Source: Pirellula staleyi DSM 6068
GTDB taxonomy: Bacteria > Planctomycetota > Planctomycetia > Pirellulales > Pirellulaceae
Direction: 5' to 3'
Assembly (NCBI GenBank): GCA_000025185.1
Contig: CP001848.1
Span: forward strand, 4,110,001-4,142,000
Length of the DNA stretch: 32,000 bases
Under the pieces are notes generated by a model. The model had not been told where the DNA came from and made no database searches. It worked only from the letters and a program-made list of their open reading frames with translations. Below, piece by piece: positions 1-8,874 of the stretch; position 1 is the first letter of the stretch; each line of letters begins with the position of its first letter. Made by a program: the position numbers and the translations under genes.

Positions 1-650
1 CGATGGGCTTCGCTCAAGGCGCGAATCGCATCGCTGGTGAACTGGTGGCGTTTGAGCGCGACGATATTGATGCAGCGCGGCCGCGAAGGATTTCCCTCGG
101 CGAGCATGTACGGTGGAACGTCGTGCAGCACGCGGCTGAGTCCACCCGTAAAGCTATAGCTGCCAATCGTGCTGAAATGATGCACGGCAACACCGCCCGA
201 GATTGTGGCGTCGTCTTGCACGTGAACATGCCCACCCAAGAGTGTGGCATTGGCCATGATCACGCGGCTGCCGACGCGGCAATCGTGGGCAATGTGGCAT
301 CCGGCCATGATGAAACAGCCGTTGCCGAGCGTCGTGAGGCCATCCTCTTTTTCGCTCCCCCGATTGATCGTCACCCCTTCGCGGATGATGTTGCGATCGC
401 CAATCAGCACTTCGGTATCGGTACCTTGATAGCTGATATCTTGCGGATCGCCACCAATGACGGCCCCAGGAAAAATAATGTTTTCCTCGCCGATGGTAAC
501 GGTTCCTTGCAGCGTCACGCCGCTGAGAAGTTTCGTTCCCCGTCCGATTTTGACTTGGGGTCCGACGACGCAAAACGGTCCGATGGTTACATCGTCGGCT
601 AGTTCAGCGCGACGATCAACCACCGCGTGCGTGTCTACATGGACTGCCAT
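1..650 (-). CDS. lpxA: UDP-N-acetylglucosamine O-acyltransferase LpxA, truncated at its 3' end by the left window edge (about 216 N-terminal codons present, full codons 3..650)
   Basis: Absent from the supplied ORF track because it has no stop inside the window. Hand translation of the reverse strand from ATG (650-648) gives MAVHVDTHAVVDRRAELADDVTIGPFCVVGPQVKIGRGTKLLSGVTLQGTVTIGEEN... It continues through ...CHIAHDCRVGSRVIMANATL... and ...VPPYMLAEGNPSRPRCINIV... These are hexapeptide-repeat beta-helix blocks co-linear with conserved LpxA blocks (IGPFC.VGP, IAHDC.VG, DVPPY). It lies 39 nt downstream of lpxC on the same strand. The + ORF 3..602 is its antisense shadow. Confidence 0.88.
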   Translation of the reverse strand, partial: MAVHVDTHAVVDRRAELADDVTIGPFCVVGPQVKIGRGTKLLSGVTLQGTVTIGEENIIFPGAVIGGDPQDISYQGTDTEVLIGDRNIIREGVTINRGSEKEDGLTTLGNGCFIMAGCHIAHDCRVGSRVIMANATLLGGHVHVQDDATISGGVAVHHFSTIGSYSFTGGLSRVLHDVPPYMLAEGNPSRPRCINIVALKRHQFTSDAIRALSEAH

Positions 651-689
651 GGAACGAGTATTTCTTCTGGAACTTGGCCGGGCTAGAAA

Positions 690-1550
690 CTAGCCAGTGC
701 GACGCAATCCTTGTTCGATGCGACCTTCCACCAGAAGGGCTCGCACGAGTTCGGCATTCAGCCGATGTCCACTGCGATGGGCAGTGAAATGCCCCACGAG
801 ATCGCATCCTGACAGGGCCAAATCTCCGACGAGATCGAGCGCTTTATGCCGGACGCATTCATCGGTGAAGCGGAGTTCGTTATCGATGGGGCCTTCGTCG
901 CCGAAGACCAAAATATCTTGATTCGTGACTCGCGTTCCGAGTCCCCGACTCCGAAGCCAATCGGCTTCGTCTTTCAGGATGAACGTGCGGGCCGACGAGA
1001 GCTCGTCGGTGAACGTTTCGGGAGTCACGGTCATTTCAATCGTTTGGCGGCCAATTGGTGTCGATGGTCCGTAGTCGAGGCGATACTTGATCGACAAGTT
1101 GCCGCTGCTCGAAGGACGGGCTTCGACCCACGCATCGTCGTTACCCACACGAGTGATCTCGGGGACAACAAGTCGCGCCCGGGGCTGCTTGAGTTTCTCG
1201 GTCCCTACGGATTGCAGGGCATCCACAAAAGCTTTGCTCGAGCCGTCGCAGCCAGGCATTTCGGCGGCATCGACCCAAACTTCACAGTTGTCGATCGAAA
1301 GCCCCATGAGGGCAGCCAGGATGTGCTCGACCATCTCGACCTGCGCACCATCGGCAGAGAGCGTGGTGCGCCGAGGAGTTTCGATACGGTGATTAACGGT
1401 GGCTGGAATTCGCCGTGGACGATCGAGATCGTGCCGGACAAACACGATGCCTGTTCCAGCGGCGGCGGGGCGGAAATCGACGTTAACGTCGCGCCCACTC
1501 CAATAACCAAACCCGGCCACATTTACGGCCCGGGCAACCGTTCGCTGCAT
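690..1550 (-). CDS. lpxC: UDP-3-O-acyl-N-acetylglucosamine deacetylase LpxC
   Basis: The ORF 690..1598 translation contains an LpxC-like N-terminus MQRTVARAVNVAGFGYWSGRDVNVDFRPAAAGTGIVFVRHDL. It also contains the conserved HKxLDxxGD active-site block (CVRHKALDLVGDLAL). The start is placed at internal ATG 1550 (MQRT...), which aligns with the usual LpxC N-terminus. The longer start at 1598 is possible. Confidence 0.9.
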   Translation of the reverse strand: MQRTVARAVNVAGFGYWSGRDVNVDFRPAAAGTGIVFVRHDLDRPRRIPATVNHRIETPRRTTLSADGAQVEMVEHILAALMGLSIDNCEVWVDAAEMPGCDGSSKAFVDALQSVGTEKLKQPRARLVVPEITRVGNDDAWVEARPSSSGNLSIKYRLDYGPSTPIGRQTIEMTVTPETFTDELSSARTFILKDEADWLRSRGLGTRVTNQDILVFGDEGPIDNELRFTDECVRHKALDLVGDLALSGCDLVGHFTAHRSGHRLNAELVRALLVEGRIEQGLRRTG

Positions 1551-1856
1551 TCGCAAGGTTGTGCTCAAGGGACGTTCTACTTCAGCGGTGTAGTGCAAAC
1601 GAGAACAACAGGAGTTGTCGACAAGCTGCGAGTCGCGAGGCTACTGTTCTTCGGCGGAATTTCAACGTTTTGAAAGCCAGCCCAGAGAAGTTGCGGTGCG
1701 AGAAGCGATCGTGTTGAGGAATCGCTTGTAGGTTTTTTCTGCGTATCGTTCGTTGCCGAGGCGACAGCTTAACAGTGCTGGCAGGTAAGTGAGCTGGAGC
1801 CTCTCGCGAGGAGAGGCCAACCGCTACTTGGCATAGCACTGCAAGCGTGCTGGCGA

Positions 1857-2612
1857 CTAACGAGTGCGTGGGACTTGAGGTCCGACAGGATTCGGACGCG
1901 AGATGCTACCTTGTGGGCCAGGGCTTGGTCCTGGAGCAGGTGCTGCTGGAGCATTGGCGTTGAGCATCTGCAGCACGAACTCGGTGATGTCGAGGTTCAT
2001 TTGATAAACCACGGCACGATTAACACCTTGCAGCACCGAAGCGCGGTCTTCCTGCTTGATGTCGTCGCCGTTGTAGCGAAGCACCAAACCGATGCGATTG
2101 CGCTGAGCAAACACGCCCACAGCTTGTTCGACTTCGCGATAGACGCGGTAGTAAACAGCGGCCTCTTGTTCGAGGAATTCTTTGCGCTTGATGCCGACTT
2201 TCACTTGCAGATCAGCCTGCACGCGAGCCAGCTCTTCTTCCTTCTGCTTGTATTCAATGCTCGAAGGCTTGAACTGCACGAGTTCTTCGCGCATCGCGTT
2301 GAACTTCTTTTGTTCGTTGCGAACGATCGCTTCGAAGTCTTCGATATCTTTCTTGATATCCATCATCATCCCGTTGAAGCGGGTGTGATTCTTGAAGATG
2401 TGGGCCACATCGATCACAGCGACGTTGGTGCCGCTGGCGGCAGCAGCAGGGGCGGCTGCTGGTCGTGCGGCAGGGGCTCCTGGTGCCACACCTTGCGCAT
2501 TGGCTTGTTGGGTCAGACCCAGGATGGCAACCAAACCTGCCACCACGGTGGCCGTGAAGAAGTTAACTCGCACGCTCGGCACTCCTTGCTCCAAAATGTA
2601 CTTGCGACCCAC
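1857..2612 (-). CDS. skp: OmpH/Skp-family periplasmic chaperone (putative)
   Basis: There is an N-terminal signal/anchor (FFTATVVAGLVAILGLTQQANAQG). A Lys/Glu-rich helical core follows (IKKDIEDFEAIVRNEQKKFNAMREEL...YKQKEEELARVQADLQVKVGIKRKEFLEQEA), typical of OmpH/Skp. It sits directly upstream of lpxC-lpxA, as in many lipid A clusters. Pro/Ala-rich tails occur at both ends. The exact start is uncertain. Confidence 0.65.
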   Translation of the reverse strand: MGRKYILEQGVPSVRVNFFTATVVAGLVAILGLTQQANAQGVAPGAPAARPAAAPAAAASGTNVAVIDVAHIFKNHTRFNGMMMDIKKDIEDFEAIVRNEQKKFNAMREELVQFKPSSIEYKQKEEELARVQADLQVKVGIKRKEFLEQEAAVYYRVYREVEQAVGVFAQRNRIGLVLRYNGDDIKQEDRASVLQGVNRAVVYQMNLDITEFVLQMLNANAPAAPAPGPSPGPQGSISRPNPVGPQVPRTR

Positions 2613-2921
2613 TCATTGCCATTCCGTGACAATCAGCCGCCAGTCTTGTTGTATCCGTCAAAAGTCTGGCGAGGTCTCACTCTGCGGTGGCGTATTCTGC
2701 CGCTTCGTGGCGTTCGCGTAAAGATCAGAAAAGAGAGACAGTTTCGAGTGGCGGAACTCGACCTATTTCGCCCAAATCACAGCCGATACTCAGCCGCGCG
2801 AGGGGTCTCTCCTTCCACGCGGTTTGTGTATCGGCACGATGCGATAAGCTGGGTGAAGTTTTCTGATTAGAAATAAGAAAACGATTGTGCGACCGCTAGC
2901 GTGGGGCTTGCTAGCGAGTGC

Positions 2922-4979
2922 CTAAGGGGTGCGACGCCGCGCCGAGATGGTCACCTCTTTCTCGAGCGTTTCCTTGCCTCGCAGCACGGTCACTTTCACT
3001 TTGTCGCCGATTTTGTACTTCCGCAGCGCACTGTCGAAGTCCTGCAAGTTGGTGATCTTGCTATCACCTAGCTTCACAATGATGTCGCCAGCAATGATGC
3101 CAGCTTTCGCTGCTGGTCCACCTTCCACCACTCCCGAGAGTGCATAGCCCTCGGCTGTTTGGCTGAAGTCGGGGATGCTGCCAAAGTAAGGACGATTTTC
3201 GTCCCCTGCGATCGTTTCGATCTGTTTGAGTTCGACATACTCGGGGCGTTTGGCATCGGCGTCGGTTGTCGTCACAATCTCGACCAGCATCTGCGCCACG
3301 CGACGCATGCCACTGATGTTCAGCTTCGGGCTATCGTCGCTCGGGCGGTGGTAGTCGCTGTGGACATCGGTAAAGAGATGGAGCACCGGGATTTTGCGTG
3401 CGTAGAACGACGAGTGATCGCTCGGGCCAAATCCCCCCGGCTGTTTCGTGAGAGCAAATTCGTACTTCTTTGCGAGCGACTCCACCATCGGCTCGAACTG
3501 CTTGGCAGTACCGGTGCCGTAGACGATCAGTTTTTCATTCGTGAGTCGCCCAACCATATCGAGGTTGAACATCGCCACGGTGTTTTCCAAAGGGAAGCGA
3601 GGCTGACGGACATAATGTGCGCTACCGAGCAGCCCCTTCTCTTCGCCAGTGAAGGCGATAAAAACGATGCGACGCGAGGGTTTTTTGCCACTTTCAACCA
3701 TTTCGCGAGCCACTTCGAGCAGCGTGGCGGTTCCGGAAGCGTTGTCGTCGGCTCCGTTATGAATCTCTTTCGTCCACGGCGCGAGCGACCCCTCGCCACC
3801 CATGCCCAGGTGATCGTAGTGAGCACCGACGATGATCGTTTCATCGGCCAAGGGGCCTTCTCCTTCGAGAATGGCGACGACGTTTTTAACTTGGGCCTTT
3901 TTCGAGATCAGCGTCGTCTCGCCGGTGGCGGTGTAGCCTGCTAGCTCGGCCGATTGCGGCTTCAGATCAGCGTCGATAGCAGCTTCGAGATCGGCCAGCT
4001 TTTTGCCAAGCGAGGCTTCCAGCAAGCGATCGATGCTCGAGCGGGTGGCAAACAAAATCGGCAGGTTGGGGTGTGTCGTTTCGGGGCCAGCGCCGGTGAA
4101 AGGGAGCGGGCGATCGCTGCCGATTGCGGCTTCCTTTTGCAGTGCGGCGATTTCGGTTTCTGCCTTAGCGACCGCTTCGGAATGAGCCTTTTTCTCCTCT
4201 TCAGTCGGCTCTTTCTTTTCGGCAAACGCCTGCTTGAGTTTTTCGAGTTCCGCCTGCGAAATCTCGATCACCTTTTTGAGTTCAGCGTCGCGGGCGATGA
4301 TTTCCTCGCCATCGTTCACAAAAATAATCGCAGCGGCTCCATGTTCTGAAGCGTTGGCGATCTTGCGATTAAACAGGGCGTGCTGCGAGTTCTTGTCGCC
4401 GTCGAACGGGCTGTTCTTGTCTTTCTGCTGGGGTTCCTTGCGAAGCACAATCACGATTTTGCCTTCGCAGTTGAGTCCGGCATAGTCGTCGTAGGAGAGG
4501 GTCTTATCCCCCGCCTTCAGCTCTTTGGCGGTGATGCCGTAGCCAGCGAAAACGATTCCACCCGAAAACGATTTGCTTCCACCGACAGCAAGTGGCGTGA
4601 AGTCGTTGTCGAGCGCGAGTGTGATGGTCGCGGCCCCTTCCTTGGTGGTTGTAAAAGAGATCTTGTTTTTGTCAGCGGGGCCAAGTTCGGTGGCGATCGT
4701 GAGCTCGAACTTTTGGAACGGCGAGCCCTCGAACAGTTCGGTCCGGAGACCTAATTGGGCGAATTCAGCGGCGATATAGTCGGCCGCTTTATCGAGCCCA
4801 GCGGTTCCGAGACCACGCCCCTCGAGTTCGTCCGACGCCAGGTAGGAAACCGATTTCTCGAGGCGGGCGTCGATTTCGGCTGTCGTTTGTGCCGCAGCTG
4901 TCCACGGACCAGCGGCTGCCAGAAGTCCACCAAGAACAAGTGTGCGGAACGAGGGAGCTAGTCGCATAAAACTGCCCAT
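2922..4979 (-). CDS. Secreted M28-family zinc aminopeptidase with PA-like insert and C-terminal PDZ domain
   Basis: M28 metal-ligand blocks are present: GAHYDHLG, GADDNASGTATLLEVAR, FIAFTGEEKGLLGS, NLDMVG, HSDYHRPSD. There is a PA-like segment (GKIVIVLRK...AAAIIFVND) and a C-terminal PDZ (GVVEGGPAAKAGIIAGDIIVKLGD). The start is moved from 5039 to ATG 4979 (or 4967) so the product begins with the signal peptide MGSFMRLAPSFRTLVLGGLLAAAGPWTAAAQ. Confidence 0.82.
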   Translation of the reverse strand: MGSFMRLAPSFRTLVLGGLLAAAGPWTAAAQTTAEIDARLEKSVSYLASDELEGRGLGTAGLDKAADYIAAEFAQLGLRTELFEGSPFQKFELTIATELGPADKNKISFTTTKEGAATITLALDNDFTPLAVGGSKSFSGGIVFAGYGITAKELKAGDKTLSYDDYAGLNCEGKIVIVLRKEPQQKDKNSPFDGDKNSQHALFNRKIANASEHGAAAIIFVNDGEEIIARDAELKKVIEISQAELEKLKQAFAEKKEPTEEEKKAHSEAVAKAETEIAALQKEAAIGSDRPLPFTGAGPETTHPNLPILFATRSSIDRLLEASLGKKLADLEAAIDADLKPQSAELAGYTATGETTLISKKAQVKNVVAILEGEGPLADETIIVGAHYDHLGMGGEGSLAPWTKEIHNGADDNASGTATLLEVAREMVESGKKPSRRIVFIAFTGEEKGLLGSAHYVRQPRFPLENTVAMFNLDMVGRLTNEKLIVYGTGTAKQFEPMVESLAKKYEFALTKQPGGFGPSDHSSFYARKIPVLHLFTDVHSDYHRPSDDSPKLNISGMRRVAQMLVEIVTTTDADAKRPEYVELKQIETIAGDENRPYFGSIPDFSQTAEGYALSGVVEGGPAAKAGIIAGDIIVKLGDSKITNLQDFDSALRKYKIGDKVKVTVLRGKETLEKEVTISARRRTP

Positions 4980-5246
4980 CTGTGGGGTGAGTGGTGGTGG
5001 GGGCTTAGCTGACGTGATGATGACGCGAAGTCGAGACACGTTAGGTCAGCGAGCGTGACGCCGCAGCACACAAATTGTTGGCCGAGATGGGGGGCAGGTC
5101 AATCGGACGTAAGGGAGCAAATAGTGCGGATTTAGCCACGGATCGAGCAGCCTGTGTGCGACAATAAAGTAGTGGAACTTTGTGACGCGACGGATTAAGG
5201 TATCGCCTTATCGGCGAAGGCCTCTCTCCTCAGCTGGTTTTAAGGA

Positions 5247-6095
5247 ATGGCTCAGATGACCTCGATCTTCCGTCTTCGATTAGCGCTCACCGCACTGGTT
5301 CTCTTGGGACTCGTCTCGACTGCCTCGGCTCAGGGAATTTTTCCTGATAAGAATCTCGAAGCAGTGGTCCGTCAGTACGTGTTTGAAAAGCGAAATAACG
5401 ACCAGCCGATCGTCGAAGCCGACGTCCAGAACCTTTCGCAGATTGTGGGAAAGGGTAAGAAGATTGCCAGCTTGGCGGGGATCGAAAAGTGCAAAAGTCT
5501 ACTGCTGGTGGACCTCGAGGATAACGAAATCACCGACCTGGCGCCGCTGGCCGACATTAAAGGGATTCAGTTCCTGAGTGTCGCCCGGAACAAGATCACG
5601 AGCATCGCCCCCATCGAGAAGCTGGCCGCGATTCAGTACCTCGATATCAGCCACAATCAGGTAAGCGATCTCGCGCCGGTCGGTAAGCTGCCAGCGATTG
5701 TGAACCTGTATGCCTCGAAGAATCAGGTGAAGGATCTCTCGTCGATTGCACCATGCACGAAGCTTGTGTCGCTCTATGTCGATGGCAATCCGCTCGAGAA
5801 TTACTCGGCGGTGAGCAGCCTGAAATCGCTCGAGCGGATCGATTTGCGTGGGACCGGTATCAGCGACCTGGCACCACTCGCGGAACTGACGGAACTTCGC
5901 TACCTGCTTCTTTCCGACAACAAGATCACCGATCTCTCGGTCCTCTTGGCGATGGCCAAAAAAGATGCAGAAGGGCCGAAGCGTTTTTCGAGCTTCTGGC
6001 GCATCTACGCTGCGAATAACCCGCTCAGCGATGCAGCCAAAGGTGCTCAGGTGGAAGAGCTGAAGAAGCTCGGCGGACGCATCGAACTGCAGTAA
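5247..6095 (+). CDS. Secreted leucine-rich repeat (internalin-like, 22-residue LRR) protein
   Basis: There is a signal peptide (LRLALTALVLLGLVSTASAQG). About seven consecutive 22-aa repeats of the form LxxLxLxxNxIxDLxPLxxLxx follow, e.g. LLLVDLEDNEITDLAPLADIKG, IQFLSVARNKITSIAPIEKLAA, IQYLDISHNQVSDLAPVGKLPA. AAGGA lies immediately upstream of the ATG. Confidence 0.82.
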   Translation: MAQMTSIFRLRLALTALVLLGLVSTASAQGIFPDKNLEAVVRQYVFEKRNNDQPIVEADVQNLSQIVGKGKKIASLAGIEKCKSLLLVDLEDNEITDLAPLADIKGIQFLSVARNKITSIAPIEKLAAIQYLDISHNQVSDLAPVGKLPAIVNLYASKNQVKDLSSIAPCTKLVSLYVDGNPLENYSAVSSLKSLERIDLRGTGISDLAPLAELTELRYLLLSDNKITDLSVLLAMAKKDAEGPKRFSSFWRIYAANNPLSDAAKGAQVEELKKLGGRIELQ

Positions 6096-6104
6096 GGCTG
6101 GCGA

Positions 6105-8156
6105 TTATTGGTTGTCGCCGCGCGAGCGTTTGAACTCCGCGAGTTCTCGCGCAAAGCCTCCCGAAAGAATCGGAAATCGGCACCAGGTTTTGGGATCGAG
6201 GTTTTCGTCGTCCAGATGAAACGACGGCGCGTAGCGTTCGCGTTTCCACTGGTTACGAGCAAAGAGCACGAAAAATCGCTCGATCCAAAAAGCCATCTGA
6301 TCGACCGAATAGTGCGGGAAATCGGGGCCGATTGCCCGCTGGATATCGGTGGGGGAGAGCTTGTCGCGAATGGCCGCGCGCTCGATGGCATCGAGTACTT
6401 CGTAGGGCATCAGGTCATCTTCGTCGGTCTGTTTGGCCGAAGGGGGACGGAGTTCGGCTGTCGGAGGCTGATCGGTCACGACACTGAGTTCTGTGATCGG
6501 CGCGAGCCCTTGCGGCCCTTCTTTTTGCATCCAGCGGAGCCATTTGCGCAAGAACGCTTTATCGATTCCAGCGATCGGCGAGAGCCCGCCGCTGGTGTCG
6601 CCATCCATCGTGGCGTAGCCGACAGCCGCCTCGCTCCGATTGCTTGTCGCCAGCAACAGTGCGCCGCGCAGATTGGCGAGCATCCAAACACCTGGCGAGC
6701 GGGTGCGAGCCTGTATGTTTTGCAGTGCCAGGTCGTCTTGCTTCCAGTCGAGCTCGCGACCGATCGCGCCAGCGACCATTTGAATGTAGTGCTGCACAAG
6801 CGGATCGACGTCGAATTCTAAGTAGTCGGCGCCGATCGCTACGGCCAAGGTGCGAGCGGCATTGCGCGTGACATCGCCACTGTTACGCGTCGATTGATAG
6901 ACACACGACAGCAGCTGGCGTACGAAATCGTGCGACGTTTTGGCGTTTGCCAGTTTTGGCAAGTAAGGCATCTTGGACGCGAGCTTTTCAGCACCGATTT
7001 CAGCGAGTGCGAAGCGCACCATCGAGGCGATGAGGACCGAAACCCCCGACGAATCGGCCCCGCCGCTGAGCGATACCACAAAGCCGCGCGAACGGCTTTT
7101 GCGGCAATAGTCGAGCAGTGCGAGCGAAACAGCGCGAGTGAATTCCTCTTCTTTGATGGTCGGGGATGATTCCCACGGCGAGGCTTTCACTTCGGTTCGG
7201 ACTGGATCGCGATCGGGAAACGCAAACTTCGACTTCACCGGCTTCCAAGCCTCGGTGGCGATCACGGGTCGAAAGCTGCCGCTGCGAGCCCGGTTCATGC
7301 GAATGTTGTTGATGTCGACATCGGCCGCAATCACTTGCACTTCGCGGTAGGAAAACCGCTCGCCAAGTGCGAGCAGGTTGCCCGAGGCGGCGATCATGGC
7401 ATCGCCATCGTAGATGGCGCGTCCCGATTCGTTCCCCAGCAGGTTGGCATAGACATAGCCCACCTGAAACGCGCGCGATCCCTCGATGACGAAGCGTTTG
7501 CGTATTTCGTGCTTACCGAAAGCAAAATGACTCGCCGAGGGATTCAGGATCAGGTCGACCCCGTGGGTGGCAAGCAAGCTGCCGGGGCGCTCGGCGACCC
7601 AGGCATCCTCGCAGATTTCGAATCCGAGACGGACATCGCCACATTCAAACACGATGTCGCCAATCGGCAAGGTTCGGCCTGCAAAGTCGATCGTCGATTG
7701 ACGCATCGAAGGCCATGGTTTGAACCAGCGTGGTTCGTAGTGAATCCCTTCCCCTGCGAGGTTTTGTTTACAGGCGAGACCGACCACTTCGCCATCGACC
7801 ACCAGGCAAGCAGCATTGTAGAGGCTGCCGTGATACATCACCGGGAGACCGAGCGAAACGATCATCCCTTGTGTGTGGGGCAAGATCTCTTCGAGCACAC
7901 GGACTGCCATCGACTGTGTGCCGGGAGCGTGAAACGCATCTTCACAGCCGTAGCCCGTGATGCAAAGTTCGGGGAGGCAGAGGATCGACACCGATTGCGA
8001 GCGCGCGAGCTCGATGGCCTCCAGGATACGATCGCGGTTTCCATCCCAGTCGAGGGGCGTTTGGTTGAGGACGGCAGCGCCGACACGGATCAGTTTCACA
8101 GGTGAAGTCTTTCGGGCATCTTGGCCAGCAGTGACAGCGGCGAGCTGAATCGGCAT
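6105..8156 (-). CDS. nadE: Glutamine-dependent NAD(+) synthetase (long form with fused nitrilase-fold glutaminase domain)
   Basis: The N-terminal CN-hydrolase domain carries its characteristic blocks (LPELCITGY; GFEICEDAW with the catalytic Cys). The C-terminal NAD synthetase domain has the SGGxDS ATP-pyrophosphatase loop (VVSLSGGADSS). The 683-aa length fits long-form NadE. Confidence 0.9.
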   Translation of the reverse strand: MPIQLAAVTAGQDARKTSPVKLIRVGAAVLNQTPLDWDGNRDRILEAIELARSQSVSILCLPELCITGYGCEDAFHAPGTQSMAVRVLEEILPHTQGMIVSLGLPVMYHGSLYNAACLVVDGEVVGLACKQNLAGEGIHYEPRWFKPWPSMRQSTIDFAGRTLPIGDIVFECGDVRLGFEICEDAWVAERPGSLLATHGVDLILNPSASHFAFGKHEIRKRFVIEGSRAFQVGYVYANLLGNESGRAIYDGDAMIAASGNLLALGERFSYREVQVIAADVDINNIRMNRARSGSFRPVIATEAWKPVKSKFAFPDRDPVRTEVKASPWESSPTIKEEEFTRAVSLALLDYCRKSRSRGFVVSLSGGADSSGVSVLIASMVRFALAEIGAEKLASKMPYLPKLANAKTSHDFVRQLLSCVYQSTRNSGDVTRNAARTLAVAIGADYLEFDVDPLVQHYIQMVAGAIGRELDWKQDDLALQNIQARTRSPGVWMLANLRGALLLATSNRSEAAVGYATMDGDTSGGLSPIAGIDKAFLRKWLRWMQKEGPQGLAPITELSVVTDQPPTAELRPPSAKQTDEDDLMPYEVLDAIERAAIRDKLSPTDIQRAIGPDFPHYSVDQMAFWIERFFVLFARNQWKRERYAPSFHLDDENLDPKTWCRFPILSGGFARELAEFKRSRGDNQ

Positions 8157-8298
8157 CCAGCGCAGCTGCTACCTTCTTTCATGGATCGGCGCGCGGTGTG
8201 CGTCAAGTTCTCGAGGCCGGTTTTCATCTGCTGGGAGTAAAAATGTCGCATGAAGGGCCGATTTTGCCTGCGGGGGAGCTGTTTGATGGCCGCAGCGA

Positions 8299-8874
8299 CT
8301 ATTTCAGAGGACGTTTTCCGGCAGCCACCCGGAGCTGGCTCACCAGCCGATGGGCTTCGGGAGCGAGTTGCAGCAGCCGCACCAGTTGTGTGGTGCTGAG
8401 GGCAAGTTTTTCGGCAGCGAGGGGGTATTCGAGTTCGCAGGCCAGCAGCAGATCGAGTGCTTCAGCCAGCAGCGCGGGAAAATCTGGATGACCCGGGTTG
8501 ATCTGCACCGCGCGACCTTTGCGGAACTTCTCCCAGAGAGGTGAAATCGGCGCTGTCGGTTCGCGGCGCGTGCGAAGTCCGGTCGCCAATTCGATGCGTA
8601 AACGCTGGTATGCTTCCTCGCGATTGTGGTCCTGGCTCCGTGTTTCGCTCGCTTGTCCAGCGAGTCCCGTCGGTTGGTGGGTGATGACCACCGCGGTTTC
8701 CACTTTATTGCGATGCTGTCCTCCCGGACCACCGCGGCGCGTGAATTCGATCTGGCACTCCCGCGCCAGCTTCTCGAGGGGCAGTGCTGCGGGATGTGGC
8801 GCGTCGACCATCGCCAGGGAAGCGAGCACCTCGCCGATGGGGAGTGGAGCAGGGGGGAGCTTTTCGCCGGTCAC
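8299..8874 (-). CDS. Small GGQ-domain protein (class-I release factor / peptidyl-tRNA hydrolase domain) with a non-canonical C-terminal helical domain
   Basis: It contains RGGPGGQHRNKVETAVVITHQPTGLAGQASETRSQDHNREEAYQRLRIEL. This is the RF domain-3 GGQ block (compare the canonical SGxGGQxVN...THxPTG...ERSQxxN). It lacks RF codon-recognition domains. Candidate starts are GTG 8874, overlapping the upstream SDR stop as GTGA, or ATG 8811. The track start at 8949 would overlap the SDR gene by 79 nt and is less likely. Confidence 0.7.
   Translation of the reverse strand: MTGEKLPPAPLPIGEVLASLAMVDAPHPAALPLEKLARECQIEFTRRGGPGGQHRNKVETAVVITHQPTGLAGQASETRSQDHNREEAYQRLRIELATGLRTRREPTAPISPLWEKFRKGRAVQINPGHPDFPALLAEALDLLLACELEYPLAAEKLALSTTQLVRLLQLAPEAHRLVSQLRVAAGKRPLK

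Noticed and set aside
3-602. 199-aa plus-strand ORF at the left edge
   Set aside because: It is the antisense shadow of lpxA. The reverse-strand frame gives textbook hexapeptide-repeat LpxA sequence, whereas this frame is Ala/Asp/Arg-rich with no motif.
2870-2916. Hairpin CGCTAGC-N9-GCTAGCG downstream of the M28 peptidase stop as an intrinsic terminator
   Set aside because: The stem is only 7 bp. The U-rich run on the minus strand begins ~11 nt after the stem rather than adjacent to it, so it is too weak to annotate.
846-8105. Long plus-strand ORFs opposite lpxC, skp, the M28 peptidase and nadE (846..1673, 1875..2870, 3159..3944, 6108..6821, 7335..8105)
   Set aside because: Each lies fully inside a confidently assigned minus-strand gene with strong family motifs. 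Their translations are low-complexity Arg/Ala/Gly/His-rich, which is typical of stop-poor antisense frames in GC-rich DNA.
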